Below are positions 61,506 through 64,000 of a DNA stretch of 64,000 nt, in pieces (position 1 is the first letter of the stretch; each line of letters opens with the position of its first letter). The notes beneath the pieces were generated by a model. That model was not told where the DNA came from, ran no database searches, and saw nothing but the letters and a program-made list of their open reading frames with translations. Location of the stretch: NCBI GenBank assembly GCA_963805085.1, contig CAWDTA010000002.1, forward strand, positions 1,856,001 through 1,920,000, in the 5' to 3' direction. The DNA is from an uncultured Veillonellaceae bacterium. Lineage in GTDB: Bacteria > Bacillota > Negativicutes > JARBTT01. Both the position numbers and the translations under genes were made by a program.

Positions 61506-62156
61506 ATGTTAATGGAGAAAGAACGTTGTCAAATTGTAGAATATGGTGAAAAAATGAGCTCAACTGGACTCAGCAAAGGAACCAGTGGTAATATAAGCGT
61601 TTATAACCATGAAACAAAATACATGGCGATCAGTCCGTCGGGTATCGGCTATTTTGAAACGGAACCGCAAGATGTCGTTATCATGGATCTGGACGGAAAC
61701 ATCATTGATGGTGATCGTAAACCATCAAGTGAACATAACATACATTCAAATTTTTATAAAGCAAAACCTGATATGGAAGCTGTTGTGCATACTCACTCTA
61801 CTTTTTGTTCCACTTTAGCATGTATGCATTTGCCAATCAATGCGGTTCACTATGTTATCGGGGGCGCAGGGGCAGCAACCGTCCCTTGTGCGGAATATGC
61901 GACCTTCGGCACTTTTGAATTGGCAAAAAATGCAATTGATGCCTGTGGAAAAAGCAAAGCCGTATTGCTTGCCAATCACGGTCTCGTAACTTGCGGTATC
62001 AATTTGGCAAAAGCTTTCGGACTGGCTGTAAACATGGAATTTGTCGCTGAAATGCAGTGGCGTTCCCTGTGTGCGGGTAAACCAGTGATTATTGATGATA
62101 ACGAAATGGCGCATGTGATGGAAGAGTTTAAAACTTACGGTCAAGTAAAAAAATAA
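61506..62156 (+). CDS. fucA: Class II aldolase, L-fuculose-1-phosphate aldolase-like
   Basis: GTSGNIS, ISPSG, KPSSE, VVHTHS, LLANHG. Confidence 0.85.
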   Translation: MLMEKERCQIVEYGEKMSSTGLSKGTSGNISVYNHETKYMAISPSGIGYFETEPQDVVIMDLDGNIIDGDRKPSSEHNIHSNFYKAKPDMEAVVHTHSTFCSTLACMHLPINAVHYVIGGAGAATVPCAEYATFGTFELAKNAIDACGKSKAVLLANHGLVTCGINLAKAFGLAVNMEFVAEMQWRSLCAGKPVIIDDNEMAHVMEEFKTYGQVKK

Positions 62157-62165
62157 TACATACTA

Positions 62166-62213
62166 AAAATATACGATATAAGCATTGGTTTTCATGTTTA
62201 TATCGTATATTTT
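62166..62213. other. Intercistronic 20-bp inverted repeat
   Basis: aaaatatacgatataagcat / atgtttatatcgtatatttt. Confidence 0.6.
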
Positions 62214-62235
62214 ATCCTGATAAAGGGGTGAGCAG

Positions 62236-63261
62236 ATGTTAAGAGCTGTCTTATATAAAGAAAAGGATTTAAGGATAGAAGAAATCCCCATTCCTGAAAT
62301 CGGCCCTGACGAGGTTCTGATAAAAAACAAAATTTCGATCACATGCGGTACAGATGTGAAAACATATAACCGAGGGTATCCGCTATTAAAACCGCCGCAC
62401 CCATTCGGTCATGAATATTCCGGTGTGATAGCTAAAATAGGCAAAGACGTTAACGGTTTCAAAGAAGGTGATCGTGTAGCTGTCCATAATACAGCTCCCT
62501 GTAACGAATGCTACTACTGTAAAAAAGGTGTGCCTTCCATGTGCGAGAATATGCTTTTCAACCGCGGCAGTTATGCTGAATATGTCAAAGTTCCCTCACG
62601 TATCGTAAAGCAAAATATGTTCGCTATGCCTGACATTATGACGCATAAAACAGCTGCGCTCATGGAACCTCTTTCGTGTGCCGTCTATGGAATATCACAC
62701 TGCCCTATCGAATTAGGCGATTATGTCGTTGTCAACGGTGCCGGTCCCATAGGTCTGATGTTCATACGCTTAGCGGTGATGAAAGGTGCCAAAGTCATTG
62801 CTACCGATATGACCCAAAGCAGGCTAGACTTAGCGATGAAATTAGGCGCCTATAAAACGGTCAATATGTCTTCGGTAACGGATGGTGTAGTTGCGGTAAA
62901 AGGATTGACCGATAACCTGCGTGGCGCAGATGTTGTTATCGAAGCAACAGGCTTGGTCCAAGTATGGAACGATAGTATAAAAATGGCTCGTAAAGGCGGT
63001 TTTGTTCTATTATTCGGCGGAACTAAACAAAATATGCTTTTTGAAGTAGACACTACGCTTTTACATTACTCGCAATTGACGATCAAAGGTGTTTTCCATA
63101 CCACGCCGCGTCATGTTGCGGAAGCCTTTGAATTATTAAAGATGAACGTTATATCGTCCGATGATTTTATTCAAAATGACTATTCGTTAAAAGATATAAG
63201 CAGTGCACTAGAAGAGCATGCTGCGCATAAAGTCATAAAAAATTGTATCGTGTATGATTGA
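62236..63261 (+). CDS. Zinc-dependent (MDR) sugar/polyol dehydrogenase
   Basis: CGTD, GHE, C..C..C.......C structural zinc site, GAGPIG. Confidence 0.9.
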   Translation: MLRAVLYKEKDLRIEEIPIPEIGPDEVLIKNKISITCGTDVKTYNRGYPLLKPPHPFGHEYSGVIAKIGKDVNGFKEGDRVAVHNTAPCNECYYCKKGVPSMCENMLFNRGSYAEYVKVPSRIVKQNMFAMPDIMTHKTAALMEPLSCAVYGISHCPIELGDYVVVNGAGPIGLMFIRLAVMKGAKVIATDMTQSRLDLAMKLGAYKTVNMSSVTDGVVAVKGLTDNLRGADVVIEATGLVQVWNDSIKMARKGGFVLLFGGTKQNMLFEVDTTLLHYSQLTIKGVFHTTPRHVAEAFELLKMNVISSDDFIQNDYSLKDISSALEEHAAHKVIKNCIVYD

Positions 63262-63280
63262 TAAATTGGGAGGAGAAAAA

Positions 63281-64000
63281 ATGTATTCGATAAAATTAGG
63301 TTGCGACAAAATATTTTATGGAAAAGATTCAATAAAAACACTGCATAATTTGCCTGGTAAAGACAAAAAAGCGTTTATTGTTATGAGCGGAACGATACTA
63401 GAAGAAATCGGTTCATTAAAAATCGTTACAGAAGTACTCGAACATGCCGGTTTCAAATGGCAGACGTATACAGATGTAGAGCCGGAGCCCAGCTTCAATA
63501 CTATAAAAAAAGGGGTTAAAGCCATGTCTGACTTTGCGCCGGATTGGATTATCGGTTTTGGCGGTGGATCTGCAATGGATGCTGCAAAGGCGATGTGGGT
63601 CTTTTATGAAAATCCGGAATATAAGGAACTTGATGATGTTATGCCGCCCAAAATCATCAATAACCTTAAAGTCAAAGCCCGTATCGCTTGCATACCTACA
63701 TCCGCCGGTACTGGCAGTGAAGCAACACGCGCTGCATTGATAAAAGATACTGATAAAAAGAAAAAGTATTCCATACGAGATATGAATGGACGCATGATAC
63801 CTGATGTAGCTATCCTTGATCCTATTTTCACAGTATCTATGCCGAAAAGCTTGACGGCAGCCTCCGGTATGGATGCAATAACACATGCTATAGAATCCTA
63901 TGTGACGCCAATTGCAAATCCATTTTCAGATGCAATGGCCATTTCTTCATTTATCAACGGCTATCATAATATTTTAAAAACCTATGAACACGGAGACGAT
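63281..64000 (+). CDS. Iron-containing alcohol dehydrogenase, 3'-truncated by window edge (absent from the ORF track)
   Basis: ATG 63281 after GGAGGAG; reads MYSIKLGCDKIFYG...VEPEPS...GFGGGSAMDAAKA...IPTSAGTGSEAT...GMDAITHAIES. Confidence 0.92.
   Translation, partial: MYSIKLGCDKIFYGKDSIKTLHNLPGKDKKAFIVMSGTILEEIGSLKIVTEVLEHAGFKWQTYTDVEPEPSFNTIKKGVKAMSDFAPDWIIGFGGGSAMDAAKAMWVFYENPEYKELDDVMPPKIINNLKVKARIACIPTSAGTGSEATRAALIKDTDKKKKYSIRDMNGRMIPDVAILDPIFTVSMPKSLTAASGMDAITHAIESYVTPIANPFSDAMAISSFINGYHNILKTYEHGDD

Noticed and set aside
63316-63886. Short ORFs at the window end
   Set aside because: Shadows of the truncated Fe-ADH gene starting at 63281

Overview
Low-GC Bacillota chromosomal window. 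The gene styles suggest a Negativicutes (Selenomonadales/Sporomusaceae-like) anaerobe, but that is inference only. Almost everything is on the + strand. In order: (1) a TPR/GT41 (OGT/SPINDLY-like) protein-glycosylation cluster with a double methyltransferase; (2) a DnaA-box cluster; (3) a raiA-motif ncRNA followed by a zinc-ribbon gene, an amino-acid ABC transporter, a cold-shock gene, hpf, secA and frameshifted prfB; (4) envelope and division genes (DUF5693, csaB, ftsEX, M23 and S41 peptidases) and uvrBA; (5) an ~8 kb island of four pectin-degrading enzymes (GH53, PL9, PL9, GH51) and a small alternative sigma factor; (6) a clostridial-type Mo-nitrogenase cluster (nifH-I1-I2-D-K-E, fused nifN-B, split nifV, modABC, mop) with divergent AnfO-like genes; (7) a galactitol-family PTS catabolic operon running off the end. 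The best candidate for an undescribed system is the island in (5). All four enzymes lack signal peptides. Five units share a bipartite motif CCCGTTTAAAA-N14/15-AATGTATATAA followed by a covarying 5' hairpin, and one motif copy lies inside the last codons of the sigma gene itself. Two families of structured intergenic repeats also recur, one with compensatory changes and a possible pseudoknot.
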